A stretch of DNA of 53,971 bases, from assembly GCA_964638925.1 (NCBI GenBank), contig CAZWZP010000001.1, forward strand, positions 1 through 53,971, given 5' to 3'. This DNA comes from an uncultured Stakelama sp. (lineage in GTDB: Bacteria; Pseudomonadota; Alphaproteobacteria; Sphingomonadales; Sphingomonadaceae). Positions 28,103 to 37,598 of this stretch are shown piece by piece. Positions within the stretch are counted from its first letter, which is position 1. Each line of letters starts with the position of its first letter. A program made the position numbers and the translations under genes. The notes beneath the pieces were generated by a model. That model did no database searches, was not told where the DNA came from, and was given only the letters and a program-made list of their open reading frames with translations.

Positions 28103-29653
28103 TTAGTGAGCGCCGCTGGTGTCGATGGGCCCCTTGGGTTTGGGCACGAGCCAGATGATCGCTGCGGAGGCACCGAGCGCGAGAGCGATCACGCCGAACA
28201 TGTCGAGAGTCGCCAGCATGACGCTTTGGCCTTCCACGACGTAGGACAGCATGGTTCGTGCGGACTCGGGCGCGAGCCCCTGGCCGGTCATGGCGTCAAC
28301 CGCCGCCTGACCGTGCACCATCGAATTGGCGATCTCGGTATTGTTGGTCCGGGTCGCATTCGACCATTCGCTCTGGATCAGCGAGGTCGCCACGGCACCC
28401 GCCAGGGTCCGCATGAAGTTCGAGATGCCGGCCGCATTGGCCTGTTCCTCGGCTTCGACGCTGGCCATGGCGAGGCCGGTGACGGGCACGAAGAACATCA
28501 CCATGAACACGCCGGTGATGAGCGTCGGCCAGGCCATGTGCAGGAAGGTCACGTCATTGTTGAACCCCCACATGCGCCACAGCATGACGGCACCGAGGCC
28601 GAGGATGCCGAGGCACACGACGAGGCGCGGGTCGAACTTCTCCACCGCCTTGCCGACCAGTGGCGCGCAGACCACCGCAAGGATGCCCATGATCCCGGTC
28701 GCATATCCCGCCCAGGTGGCGGTGTAGCCCATATTGGTCTGCAGCCAGAGCGGCAGGATCACGATGCTGGCGAAGAAGGCACCGAACCCGACCGAATAGG
28801 TCGTCGCCGCACCGACAAAGCCACGATGGCGGAAGATCTTCAGATTGACGATCGGATGCTTTTCGGTGAGCTCCCAGATGACGAAGGCGATGAAGCCGAC
28901 CAGCGCGACGATCCCCAGGATCTGGATATGGTGATCGTTGAACCAGTCCTTGTTGCGCCCCTCGTCGATCATGATCTGCAGCGCGCCGACCCAGATTACG
29001 AGCAGGGCAAGGCCGACCTTGTCGATAAAGGCAGGAAATCTGGGGTCGCGCTGTCCGAGCATCAGCATCATCAGAACCAGCCCACCGATTGCGGCGACCG
29101 GCACCTTGATGAAGAAGATCCATTCCCAGCCGTAGTTGTCGCAGATGATGCCGCCGAGGATTGGGCCGGCGACCGGGCCGATCAGCGTCGTCATCGCCCA
29201 GATCACCGTGGCGAGCGTCGCTTTCTCTTTGGGGAAAATGCGCAGCAACAGCATCTGCGAGAGCGGCATGATCGGCCCGCCGAACAGGCCGAGCAACACG
29301 CGCATCCCGAGCAACATACCGAGCGAGCTCGACATGCCGCACAACAGCGATCCGATCGCAAAGGCCAGATAACAGGTAATGAAGGTGCGCTGCGCGCCAA
29401 ACTTCATCGCCAGCCATCCGGTCAGCGGCACCGTGATCGCCTCGGCGACCGCGTAGGACGTGATGACCCAGGTGCCTTGGGTCGAGGAGACGCCAAGGCT
29501 GCCGGCGATCGTCTGGATCGAAACATTCGCGATCGTCGTGTCGAGCACCACGAGGAAGTTGCCGAGGCCGATCAAAATTGCTGCGGCATAAAGCTTCATG
29601 CCGGTCAGCGGGGGGGCATCGCGGACCTCCCTCAGCGCTGTGAAGATGGACAT
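28103..29653 (-). CDS. emrB: DHA2 family MFS efflux permease
   Basis: LDTTIANV, WVITSY, GPILGG, WIFFI; about 14 TM. Confidence 0.93.
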   Translation of the reverse strand: MSIFTALREVRDAPPLTGMKLYAAAILIGLGNFLVVLDTTIANVSIQTIAGSLGVSSTQGTWVITSYAVAEAITVPLTGWLAMKFGAQRTFITCYLAFAIGSLLCGMSSSLGMLLGMRVLLGLFGGPIMPLSQMLLLRIFPKEKATLATVIWAMTTLIGPVAGPILGGIICDNYGWEWIFFIKVPVAAIGGLVLMMLMLGQRDPRFPAFIDKVGLALLVIWVGALQIMIDEGRNKDWFNDHHIQILGIVALVGFIAFVIWELTEKHPIVNLKIFRHRGFVGAATTYSVGFGAFFASIVILPLWLQTNMGYTATWAGYATGIMGILAVVCAPLVGKAVEKFDPRLVVCLGILGLGAVMLWRMWGFNNDVTFLHMAWPTLITGVFMVMFFVPVTGLAMASVEAEEQANAAGISNFMRTLAGAVATSLIQSEWSNATRTNNTEIANSMVHGQAAVDAMTGQGLAPESARTMLSYVVEGQSVMLATLDMFGVIALALGASAAIIWLVPKPKGPIDTSGAH

Positions 29654-29680
29654 GTCCCTGCCCCCTATGTGCCTGTTGGA

Positions 29681-30832
29681 TTACTGGGCGGTGTGGACGG
29701 TCGCGGTCATCGACAGGCCGACGCGGAGCGGGTGCTGCGCGAGCTGCTTGGGATCGAGCGCAATGCGCACCGGAAGGCGCTGCACGACCTTGATCCAGTT
29801 GCCGGTCGCATTTTGTGCCGGCACCAGCGCGAACGCCGCGCCGGTACCGCCGGAGAAACCGACAACGCGGCCGGTGAATTCGACCTTCTCGCCGTACAGG
29901 TCCGAGGTGAGGGTCACGCTCTGGCCGGGCCGAATGTCGGTAAGCTCGACCTCCTTGAAATTGGCGTCGACATAGGCCGACTGGACCGGCACCACGACCA
30001 TCATCAGCGCGCCGGGCTGAACCCGCTGCCCTATCTGAACCTGGCGGCGCGAGACGATGCCGTCGATCGGTGCGCGCACGACCGTACGCTCCAGATCCAG
30101 TCGGGCCTGGGCGAGCGCGGCGCGCGCCGCGAGTACGTCGGGATTCGTATCGACGCGGCCGTCGCCGATCAGGGCGCCATTGACGCTGCGGCTGCCCACG
30201 GCGGCCTCGCGATGGGCGAGCGCCTGGGCGGACATCGCCTGCGCGGCCTGGAAATTGGCGGCGGCGGTGTTGCGTGCATTGCGTGCAGCGGTCAGCTCCT
30301 CGGCGGAGATCGCCCCCGACTGGGCCAGATTCTCGCGCCGGCGCAAGTCGATCGTCGTGCGCTCAAGATCCGCCCCGGCTGCGGCGACCTGTGCCTTGGC
30401 GCGGGCGATATCGGCAGTCTGTGCGGCGATCTGTGACCGCCGTTCGCCATCATTGGCGACAAGGCTGCGCACGCGGCGCTCGGCCGCAGCCAGCCCGGCT
30501 TCGGCACGTGCGAGTGCGATGCGCGCATCGGTATCGTCAAGGCGGACGAGCACATCGCCGCGGCGCACCTGCTGGGCATCCTGCACCAGAACCTCGCGTA
30601 CCGGGCCGCCGACCAGCGGCGTCACCTGCGCGATATCGGCGCCGACATAGGCATTGTCGGTGGTGACATGGCCGGCGTGCGCGGCCTCATAGACCTGGTA
30701 GCCACCGCCAGCGAGCAGAAGACCCGCTGCGAAGCTGATGAACAGCTTGACGCGCTTCGACTTGCGCCGGGCAGCGTCAAGCTGGTCCTGGACAGGGTCT
30801 TGCTGGTCGAAACTATGGTCGATTGCGGACAT
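29681..30832 (-). CDS. emrA: EmrA/HlyD membrane fusion protein
   Basis: [33 protein letters not shown]. Confidence 0.95.
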   Translation of the reverse strand: MSAIDHSFDQQDPVQDQLDAARRKSKRVKLFISFAAGLLLAGGGYQVYEAAHAGHVTTDNAYVGADIAQVTPLVGGPVREVLVQDAQQVRRGDVLVRLDDTDARIALARAEAGLAAAERRVRSLVANDGERRSQIAAQTADIARAKAQVAAAGADLERTTIDLRRRENLAQSGAISAEELTAARNARNTAAANFQAAQAMSAQALAHREAAVGSRSVNGALIGDGRVDTNPDVLAARAALAQARLDLERTVVRAPIDGIVSRRQVQIGQRVQPGALMMVVVPVQSAYVDANFKEVELTDIRPGQSVTLTSDLYGEKVEFTGRVVGFSGGTGAAFALVPAQNATGNWIKVVQRLPVRIALDPKQLAQHPLRVGLSMTATVHTAQ

Positions 30833-30843
30833 GGAACGATCTC

Positions 30844-32268
30844 CTAGGATTGAAAGCCGCCGCCAAGGGCGCGGATCAGAGCAACATCGAGCGCGAAGGC
30901 GCGGGTCTCGAGCTTTGCGACTGTCAGACGGGAATCGAGGACCCCCTCCTCAGCCGAAAGCACGTCGAGATAGGTTGAAAGCCCCTCGCGGTAGCGAAGC
31001 CGGGCGAGCCGGTTGGCTTCTTCAAAATTGGCCAGCGCGCGGCGCGAGTCCGACAGCCGCACAGCCAGCAGCTGCTGGCTGGTCAGCGCGTCGGCGGTCT
31101 GGCGCAGCGCCTCAATGACCTGACGATCGTACAGCGCGATCGCCTCGTCATATTGACCGCGGCTCGCGCGGTACTGGCCCTGGAGAGCGCCCCCGTGGAA
31201 GAGGGGGAGGCTTACCGCGGGCCCGGCGCTTCCAAAGGCAGATTTGTCCTTGAACACATTGTCGAAGCCGAACGCCTGGAACCCGACCAGCGCACTCAGG
31301 CTGACATTCGGGTAGAAGTCGGCACGGGCGACCTTGATTCGCTGCGCCGAGGCATCGGCACGGGCACGGGCGGCGGCGATGTCAGGACGTCGACCGATCA
31401 ATTCGATCGACGCGGAGTCGGGAACGCCCTGCATTTCGAGTGCGGCGATCATCGGACGCCCGATGCGCTGACCACGGTCCGGTCCCGCACCGACCAAGGC
31501 GGCAAGCGCGTTTCGGGCGAGATCAATCGCCTCTTCGGTGGCGGCAAGATTGGCGCGCGCCTGATCGAGCCGGCCAGCGGCCTGACGCAGCGTCGCGTCG
31601 GTATCGAGACCCTGGGTCACGCGCTGCGCGACGAGTTGGCGCGTCTGGGCGCGGATATCGACCGCCGCCGCCAGGCTGTCGTGCTGCGCATAGAGCGCAG
31701 CCAGCTCGGCATAAGCGGAAGCGATGCCGGTGGTCAGCGCCAGCCGCGCTTCGGCGGCGGCATAGTGCGATGCCTGAACGTCCAGCTTGGCGGCGCGGAG
31801 CGCGGCGCGGTTCTTGCCCCACAGGTCGAGGTCGATCGACATGCCAAGACCGACGCTGCCGGTATCGTTCCAGCCGCCCGGCACGGCCTCCGCTGGGACG
31901 CCGTTATTCTTGCTGAGCTTCACCGCCTGGGCGCTACCGACGGCATCGACCGTGGGGAGCAGCGCTGCGCCGGCCCGCCGCGCAAAGCCCTCTGCAACGC
32001 GGATTCGCGCGGCGGCGACCGCAAGGTCGGGTGCGCTGGTCAGCGCTTCGTCGATCAGCTGCGCAAGCTGCGGATCGCGATATCGACGCCACCAGCCGTC
32101 GCCCGGCCATTCCGAGCCGGTGCCCGCCAGTGAATCCGTTGCGGCGACAAGCGGGGACGTATTCCCCGCGGGCAGCGGCCCCAAATCCGGGACCGGGGCG
32201 CAGGCGCTTGCAGCAAATGCAAGCAGGAGTGCCGCGCAGCGGGGCCGCGCAGAAGAGAAGCGGATCAT
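30844..32268 (-). CDS. Outer-membrane efflux lipoprotein (NodT/TolC family)
   Basis: Lipobox [30 protein letters not shown]. Confidence 0.94.
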   Translation of the reverse strand: MIRFSSARPRCAALLLAFAASACAPVPDLGPLPAGNTSPLVAATDSLAGTGSEWPGDGWWRRYRDPQLAQLIDEALTSAPDLAVAAARIRVAEGFARRAGAALLPTVDAVGSAQAVKLSKNNGVPAEAVPGGWNDTGSVGLGMSIDLDLWGKNRAALRAAKLDVQASHYAAAEARLALTTGIASAYAELAALYAQHDSLAAAVDIRAQTRQLVAQRVTQGLDTDATLRQAAGRLDQARANLAATEEAIDLARNALAALVGAGPDRGQRIGRPMIAALEMQGVPDSASIELIGRRPDIAAARARADASAQRIKVARADFYPNVSLSALVGFQAFGFDNVFKDKSAFGSAGPAVSLPLFHGGALQGQYRASRGQYDEAIALYDRQVIEALRQTADALTSQQLLAVRLSDSRRALANFEEANRLARLRYREGLSTYLDVLSAEEGVLDSRLTVAKLETRAFALDVALIRALGGGFQS

Positions 32269-32293
32269 CGTGGATCACCCTGTTTCTAGAACT

Positions 32294-32314
32294 TGTACCG
32301 TACGGTCTAGTCTA
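32294..32314. promoter_or_regulatory. TetR operator copy 1
   Basis: TGTACCGTACGGTCTAGTCTA with palindromic core ACCGTACGGT, in the divergent efflux/tetR promoter region. Confidence 0.75.
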
Positions 32315-32384
32315 GTTAAGCGCTGCTTGTCAACGGGAAGAATGGACTCTATGGTACGCTTTAGATTTGAGGGAGTTAGCGGCC

Positions 32385-33017
32385 ATGGCGCGGATGAAGT
32401 CCGACGAGAAGCGACGCGAGATCGTGCGAGTCGCGGCGCTGGCGTTCCAGGAACTGGGGTATGAGCGCACGTCGATGCTGACGATCGCCGAACGGCTTCG
32501 CGGCTCCAAGCAGACGCTCTACAATTATTTCCCGTCCAAGGAAGATCTGCTGCGCGCAGTGCTCGACCTGGATGTCAGCGAGGCCACCGAGCAGGTGCTG
32601 GACTCGTTTCTCGCCGAATCCGACCTGCGCAAGGGGCTGGAGCGGATGGGTCAGATCCACCTTCAGCGCCAGCTTTCCCCGCTGGCGATTTCCAATATGC
32701 GCATCGTCGCGACGCAGCCGGCGCAAACCCGGATCGGCGAGCAGTTCTACTCCAATACGCTGCGCACGGCGTGGCAGCGCTTTGCCGATACTCTTGAGTC
32801 GTTGATGGTCGAGGGAAAGTTGCGGCGCGCCGATCCCTGGCTGGCGGCGATGCATTTCAAGGGGCTGTTGTTGCAGGATCTGCTCGAACGCCAGCTGCTG
32901 GGTGCGTGCGTCACACCAGATCCGCAGGAGATCGAGGCTGCAGCGACGCAGGCGGCCGACGCGTTCCTCATGATCTATGGCCCGACACCCGCGACCCGGG
33001 ACGCCGTGAACGCCTGA
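32385..33017 (+). CDS. TetR/AcrR family regulator
   Basis: GYERTSM..IA...GSKQTLYNYFPSKEDL HTH. Confidence 0.95.
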   Translation: MARMKSDEKRREIVRVAALAFQELGYERTSMLTIAERLRGSKQTLYNYFPSKEDLLRAVLDLDVSEATEQVLDSFLAESDLRKGLERMGQIHLQRQLSPLAISNMRIVATQPAQTRIGEQFYSNTLRTAWQRFADTLESLMVEGKLRRADPWLAAMHFKGLLLQDLLERQLLGACVTPDPQEIEAAATQAADAFLMIYGPTPATRDAVNA

Positions 33018-33071
33018 CCGCGCAAGACGGGCTGCGCCCGCGCCATTTATCCCTTTACGCGCCGCAATAAA

Positions 33072-33092
33072 TAGACTAGACCGTACGGTACA
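33072..33092. promoter_or_regulatory. TetR operator copy 2
   Basis: TAGACTAGACCGTACGGTACA, the exact reverse complement of copy 1. Confidence 0.75.
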
Positions 33093-33339
33093 TACAGCGG
33101 ATGCGAGTCGTTGCGTGGATCTTTATCGCAGCACGATGCGCTTGGGGCTGGAGGCCGTCTCCCCCATATTGCACCGGTCTTCAGTCCCTGCCCTGCCCGC
33201 GCCACCCCACATGGCGCGGGCAGGGCACAATCTAGCAGCGAGCGACGCCATGCGCTGATCGCGTTTCTCGCGGTGTCGGCACCTCATTGGCAGTGCGCAC
33301 CTCGATCCGCCTCTGGCATCCTCGGAGGGAAGACATTGA

Positions 33340-33939
33340 ATGCGCGTGCGTACCGAAAAAAAGCGGAATGAGATCATCCGGATCGCAGCGGAGCTGTTCG
33401 ATGCGATGGGCTATGAGCGTACATCAATGTCCGCGATCGCCGCGCAGATGGGCGGCTCAAAGGCAACGCTTTACCGCTATTTCAGCTCGAAGGAGGAGCT
33501 GCTGCGCGCGATCCTCGATCGCGACGTGAATGAAGAGGCCGACCGATTGATGCGGGAACTGCTGTCGGAGAAGGACTTGCGCAGCGGTTTGGTCCGGCTC
33601 GGCATCGCCTATCTCACCGGCCAACCGGGCCGGGCAGCCAGCATCCGCACGGTCGCGAACCAACCGATCGCCCAGGATTTCTATGAAAGCGGGCTTCGTC
33701 CGGCGTGGCAGCGCCTCGCCGACCGATTTGCCACGATGATGAAGGACGGCCGGCTGAAATTCGCGGACCCGTGGATCGCAGCGATGCACTGGAAGGGGCT
33801 CAACGAATGGGACAGCCTCGAAAAACACCTGCTCTGCGCACGCGCAGAGGCCAATTCCAATGATGTTGTCAGCGCTGCTACGGCCGCCGCAGATGCATTT
33901 CTCGAGGTCTATGCAATCGGACCGGAACGTCGGGAATAG
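33340..33939 (+). CDS. TetR/AcrR family regulator (paralog of 32385-33017)
   Basis: GYERTSMSAIA...GSKATLYRYFSSKEEL; shares ADPW.AAMH.KGL with the first TetR. Confidence 0.95.
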   Translation: MRVRTEKKRNEIIRIAAELFDAMGYERTSMSAIAAQMGGSKATLYRYFSSKEELLRAILDRDVNEEADRLMRELLSEKDLRSGLVRLGIAYLTGQPGRAASIRTVANQPIAQDFYESGLRPAWQRLADRFATMMKDGRLKFADPWIAAMHWKGLNEWDSLEKHLLCARAEANSNDVVSAATAAADAFLEVYAIGPERRE

Positions 33940-34023
33940 TGGCGACCGCCGCGTCGCATGTCGAGCGCGCCGCGTGGCGGCGCAGAGGCGCTTAAGCGGT
34001 TCGCATCCGCGCCGAATCGGTCG

Positions 34024-34908
34024 TCATGCCGATTTTCGGACCAGCCCAGGCAGGGTCAGGCCGGCAAGCAGCACGATGTGGCAAAGCAGCGTGAGCAGCG
34101 CGCATAGTGCCAGGAGATGGGTCAACGCGCTTTCCGGCCCCTGTACCAGCAGCGCAGCCGATGCGAACATCATCTCCTTGTTCGGCACGAGCGGGAGACG
34201 CGAGGAAAGCAGCCGCATCGCCGCAAAGAACAGCCATGTTCCCATCGCGACCTGCGGCATCGCGAAATGCCAGGCCAGGATCGACAAGGCCAGGATCGCA
34301 AGCGAGCGGATGAGATGCATCCCGAACACCCACCACAAGGAGGGGGGCGGAAGCGACAGCAGCCGCTTCGAAAAGATCAGGAACGGCAGGCACATCAGCA
34401 CCATCAGCGCACCGGATGCGGCGAGCCAGTGACCGGTAATCATCGGCCGCCACGCCTGCTCGAATGGCAGCAGCAACAGGATCGCGAGCAATGTCACAAG
34501 ATTGCCGGCGAGCGCCGACAGGATTGCGACGTCCTTCACCGCACCGAACGGTGCCGAGACATTCTGTGCATGGTGCCGTACCCAGGCATAGAAATAGGCC
34601 TCGCCCGAATAGCCGACGAGCACCTCATTCGCGATCCGCTTCTTGTGGAGCGCGGCAATGCCGGCGCGAGGGATGTGCCACAGCCGCCTGAAGATCAGAT
34701 AATCGAAGCTCGGCAGCGCGAGATAGGATAAAGCGAAGGCGAGGTAGAAGAGCGGGTTGGTCGGGACCGCATGGTTGAGTGCGTCGAACCCGGACATATA
34801 GAGCCCGCGCCCCAGCCCAGCCACCATCAGCAACGTCAGCAATCCGCCAAGGATCAGCGGCCAGCCGCCACGCTGCTGCTGATCCAGCGACAGGGCAGGT
34901 GCGAACAT
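34024..34908 (-). CDS. Integral membrane protein (flippase-like / LPG-synthase TM-like)
   Basis: AGGAG RBS before ATG 34908; multiple TMs; NEVLVGYSGEAY; directly downstream of GT4. Confidence 0.65.
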   Translation of the reverse strand: MFAPALSLDQQQRGGWPLILGGLLTLLMVAGLGRGLYMSGFDALNHAVPTNPLFYLAFALSYLALPSFDYLIFRRLWHIPRAGIAALHKKRIANEVLVGYSGEAYFYAWVRHHAQNVSAPFGAVKDVAILSALAGNLVTLLAILLLLPFEQAWRPMITGHWLAASGALMVLMCLPFLIFSKRLLSLPPPSLWWVFGMHLIRSLAILALSILAWHFAMPQVAMGTWLFFAAMRLLSSRLPLVPNKEMMFASAALLVQGPESALTHLLALCALLTLLCHIVLLAGLTLPGLVRKSA

Positions 34909-34918
34909 GCCCGTTCTC

Positions 34919-36154
34919 CTAGCGTGCCAGCGAAGCCGGGCCGATGTTCCAGCGGGAGGCTTCGCTGATCCGCTGAGTGCGCCGCGCCAGCGCTGCCGGA
35001 TAGATTGCACCGAACAGCGTTCCGAAGGTCGCGCTCCAGTCGAACTGCTCGGCATGGGCGCGCGCGCGGACACCGATTACCGCGGGTCCGTCACGCCACA
35101 CGCGCAGCACATTGGCCGCCATCGCATCCGCGTCGTCCACCGCGCCGAGATACCCCAGCCCCGCTGGCACACGATCTGGCATGGCCCCGCCCGTCACGCC
35201 GACTACCGGAAGCCCCGCCGCCTGCGCTTCGATCACCGAAATGCCGAAGGTCTCGTCCGCCATTCCGGAGACGTAGATATCGCTCGACGCCAACGCCCGC
35301 GCCAGGCGCGCCCGATCCGGCTCAAAGCCAGGAAAGGCGATCGGTAGCCCGCGGCACTGCTCGATCAGCGACTGGCGCAGCTTGCCATCGCCGATCAGCA
35401 CCATCGCCGCACCAAGCTCGCGCGGCAGCTTGCGGAACATCGCGACGAGTGTGTCGGCACGCTTTTCATTGTCGATCCGACCCGCATAGACGAGCAGCGG
35501 CCCGGTCCCCGGCAGCCCGAGCGACGCGCGATAGCCGGGATCGCGCCTGTCCGGATGAAACAGGTCGGGGTCGACGCCGAGCGGCATGACGCGCGTGTGG
35601 GTGATGCCGAGCGCGCCAAGGATGGCGCGCTGCGGCTCGCCCAGCGTGTAGACGCAATCAAATTCCCGATAGAGGTGCCGGGCATAGCGATAGGCGAGGC
35701 CGCGGGCGACCCGCGCTGCGCCCGCACCAAGCAGCGGTTCGGCAACGCGATGGATATGCGCGTTCGGAAAATCGGTGCGATACCCCGCGACCAGCGCAGT
35801 CGCCGGATGCGCCTTGCGGTGGTTCACTGCGGCCCAGGGCAACACCCAGGGGCAGAGCGATTCGATCAGATCGGGAGAAAAGCGTTCGAGCACCGCGCGC
35901 ACCGCACCAGTGCGCAAGATGAAGCGATAGTTCGGGCTGCCCGGGACCGACGGTGCGCCGATCTCGACAAAGATGTGGCGACCATTGTCGGTGACCTTGT
36001 CGATCGGCCCGGGGACGATCTGGATCAGCCGATGCGGCGTATGGTTGAGCACATAGTCGCGCTTGCGGCGCAAATAAGTACTGATCCCACCCCCGCCGCG
36101 TGGCGAATAGCTTTGGGTCAGGTCGCAGATCGTCAACGCGCGTCGCTCAAGCAT
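34919..36154 (-). CDS. GT4 glycosyltransferase
   Basis: GGGI..Y, LGVD...FHP, YAGRIDNEK, ETFGISVIEAQAAGLPVV. Confidence 0.93.
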   Translation of the reverse strand: MLERRALTICDLTQSYSPRGGGGISTYLRRKRDYVLNHTPHRLIQIVPGPIDKVTDNGRHIFVEIGAPSVPGSPNYRFILRTGAVRAVLERFSPDLIESLCPWVLPWAAVNHRKAHPATALVAGYRTDFPNAHIHRVAEPLLGAGAARVARGLAYRYARHLYREFDCVYTLGEPQRAILGALGITHTRVMPLGVDPDLFHPDRRDPGYRASLGLPGTGPLLVYAGRIDNEKRADTLVAMFRKLPRELGAAMVLIGDGKLRQSLIEQCRGLPIAFPGFEPDRARLARALASSDIYVSGMADETFGISVIEAQAAGLPVVGVTGGAMPDRVPAGLGYLGAVDDADAMAANVLRVWRDGPAVIGVRARAHAEQFDWSATFGTLFGAIYPAALARRTQRISEASRWNIGPASLAR

Positions 36155-36177
36155 GGCAGCCTCGGTACCGTTAATCA

Positions 36178-36194
36178 GTACCGTACGGTCTAGT
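36178..36194. promoter_or_regulatory. TetR operator copy 3
   Basis: GTACCGTACGGTCTAGT, 17/17 identical to the core of copy 1, 23 bp upstream of the GT4 start. Confidence 0.75.
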
Positions 36195-36270
36195 ATGCTA
36201 AAGGACGAATGTCAATATAGATGGACCGACTGGTACAGTTTGCCGATTGGTCGCCCGAGCTGCCCCGGGC

Positions 36271-37050
36271 TCATGTTCGCGCCCGAATTTGTCGACGCGC
36301 CTCGTTCGCGATCGGATGCAGGAAGTCGGCGGCGTCGAGACCACCAACAAGACTGTAGCCCATGCCGTTGTCAGCCCAGGCATATCCGACGACGTCGCCC
36401 TCGCGATGTTTGGCCATGGGTGCATTCTCGTCGCGTCGAATCATTGGCCGCATCAGAATGGCGATCCGGGTGCCCTGCGCGTCATCGTACATGAACAGGC
36501 CAGCCGGTCCGTTCTGGGTGGCGACGACACGCCCGCCCATAAACCGATAACCGGCCCCGGACAGGTCCGGCAACGACACTGGTTTCGCGAGACGTTTTTC
36601 GACCCAGCGCACCAGAGCTTCGCTGTCCCCCGCCGCGATCTCGACCGGGTGGCCACCATCCGGGCTGAACACGGCATAGGCATAGGACGCCTCTTGCGCG
36701 AGCGCGTCGATGCCGGCGGGGCGGTCCATTCCTATGCCGCGCAGCATCCAGCCGCCACCGCCGCCGGCGACAAGGAGGAGGCACGCCGCCGCAGCCGCCC
36801 GCCAGCCGGTCCAGTTCGACCGGCGACGCGCCGCCACAAGCTGGCCCAGATTGAGGTTCAGCGGTACCGGCTCGGCTGCGATCGGCCCGAGCGCCGCACG
36901 CAGCGCGTCGCGCTGTGCACCGAACCGGGCGTAACGTTCGGCCACCTGGGGATTGTGCTCAAGATAGGCTTCCACCTCCGCGCGGCGGCTTTCGGACAAT
37001 GCCCCGTCCACGAACGCGTGCAGGTCGTCTTCTGAGATCGGACGGCTCAT
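36271..37050 (-). CDS. Transmembrane anti-sigma factor (RsiW/PrtR-like)
   Basis: LHAFVDG.L, single TM, HPVEI, PDLS..GY..MGGR, FMYDD..G.R. Confidence 0.9.
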   Translation of the reverse strand: MSRPISEDDLHAFVDGALSESRRAEVEAYLEHNPQVAERYARFGAQRDALRAALGPIAAEPVPLNLNLGQLVAARRRSNWTGWRAAAAACLLLVAGGGGGWMLRGIGMDRPAGIDALAQEASYAYAVFSPDGGHPVEIAAGDSEALVRWVEKRLAKPVSLPDLSGAGYRFMGGRVVATQNGPAGLFMYDDAQGTRIAILMRPMIRRDENAPMAKHREGDVVGYAWADNGMGYSLVGGLDAADFLHPIANEARRQIRART

Positions 37051-37577
37051 TTGACCCTCCTAAGCACAGTTGCGGGCTTCGCCAATTGGTCGGGGCTATC
37101 TTCGAGCAGCTGCGCGAGCCGATGACGGCCACGGGAAAGCCGCGACATCACGGTGCCGATCGGAATGTCGAGCACCGCCGCCGTTTCCGCATAGGACAGC
37201 TCTTCGACCGAGACGAGCAGCACCACGCTACGCTGGTCTTCGGGCAGCGACGCAAGCGCATCGACGATGCCGCGATGATGCAGCCGGTTTTCCTGCGCGG
37301 GCGCGGTGGCGAACGCGGCTTCGTCCACATCCTCCACCGTGACATGGACCCCGCGACGCGCAGTCTGTTTCAGGCGGTTGATCGCGAGATTGTGCAGGAT
37401 GGTGAACACCCATGTCCGCGCATTGCCGTCAGAGCGGCGCTGATGCCAGCGGCTGATCACGCGCTCCAGGCAATCCTGCACCAGATCGTCGGCGGCGCTC
37501 TGGTCGCGCAACAGGCTGCGCGCATAGCGGCGCAGCGCGGGGATCAACGGTTCGACCAGCGCCATCATGTCCTGCAC
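37047..37577 (-). CDS. ECF RNA polymerase sigma factor
   Basis: LRRYA, ADDLVQD, WVFTILHN, SYAE.A..L.IP.GTVMSRLSRGR. Confidence 0.95.
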   Translation of the reverse strand: MQDMMALVEPLIPALRRYARSLLRDQSAADDLVQDCLERVISRWHQRRSDGNARTWVFTILHNLAINRLKQTARRGVHVTVEDVDEAAFATAPAQENRLHHRGIVDALASLPEDQRSVVLLVSVEELSYAETAAVLDIPIGTVMSRLSRGRHRLAQLLEDSPDQLAKPATVLRRVK

Positions 37578-37598
37578 GCTCTTCTCCCGGCCGCGTCG

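Noticed and set aside
28106-30436. 776-aa plus-strand ORF
   Set aside because: Antisense shadow of emrB/emrA.
33111-33377. Short ORFs between the two tetR genes
   Set aside because: No clear RBS or motif; more likely untranslated leader.
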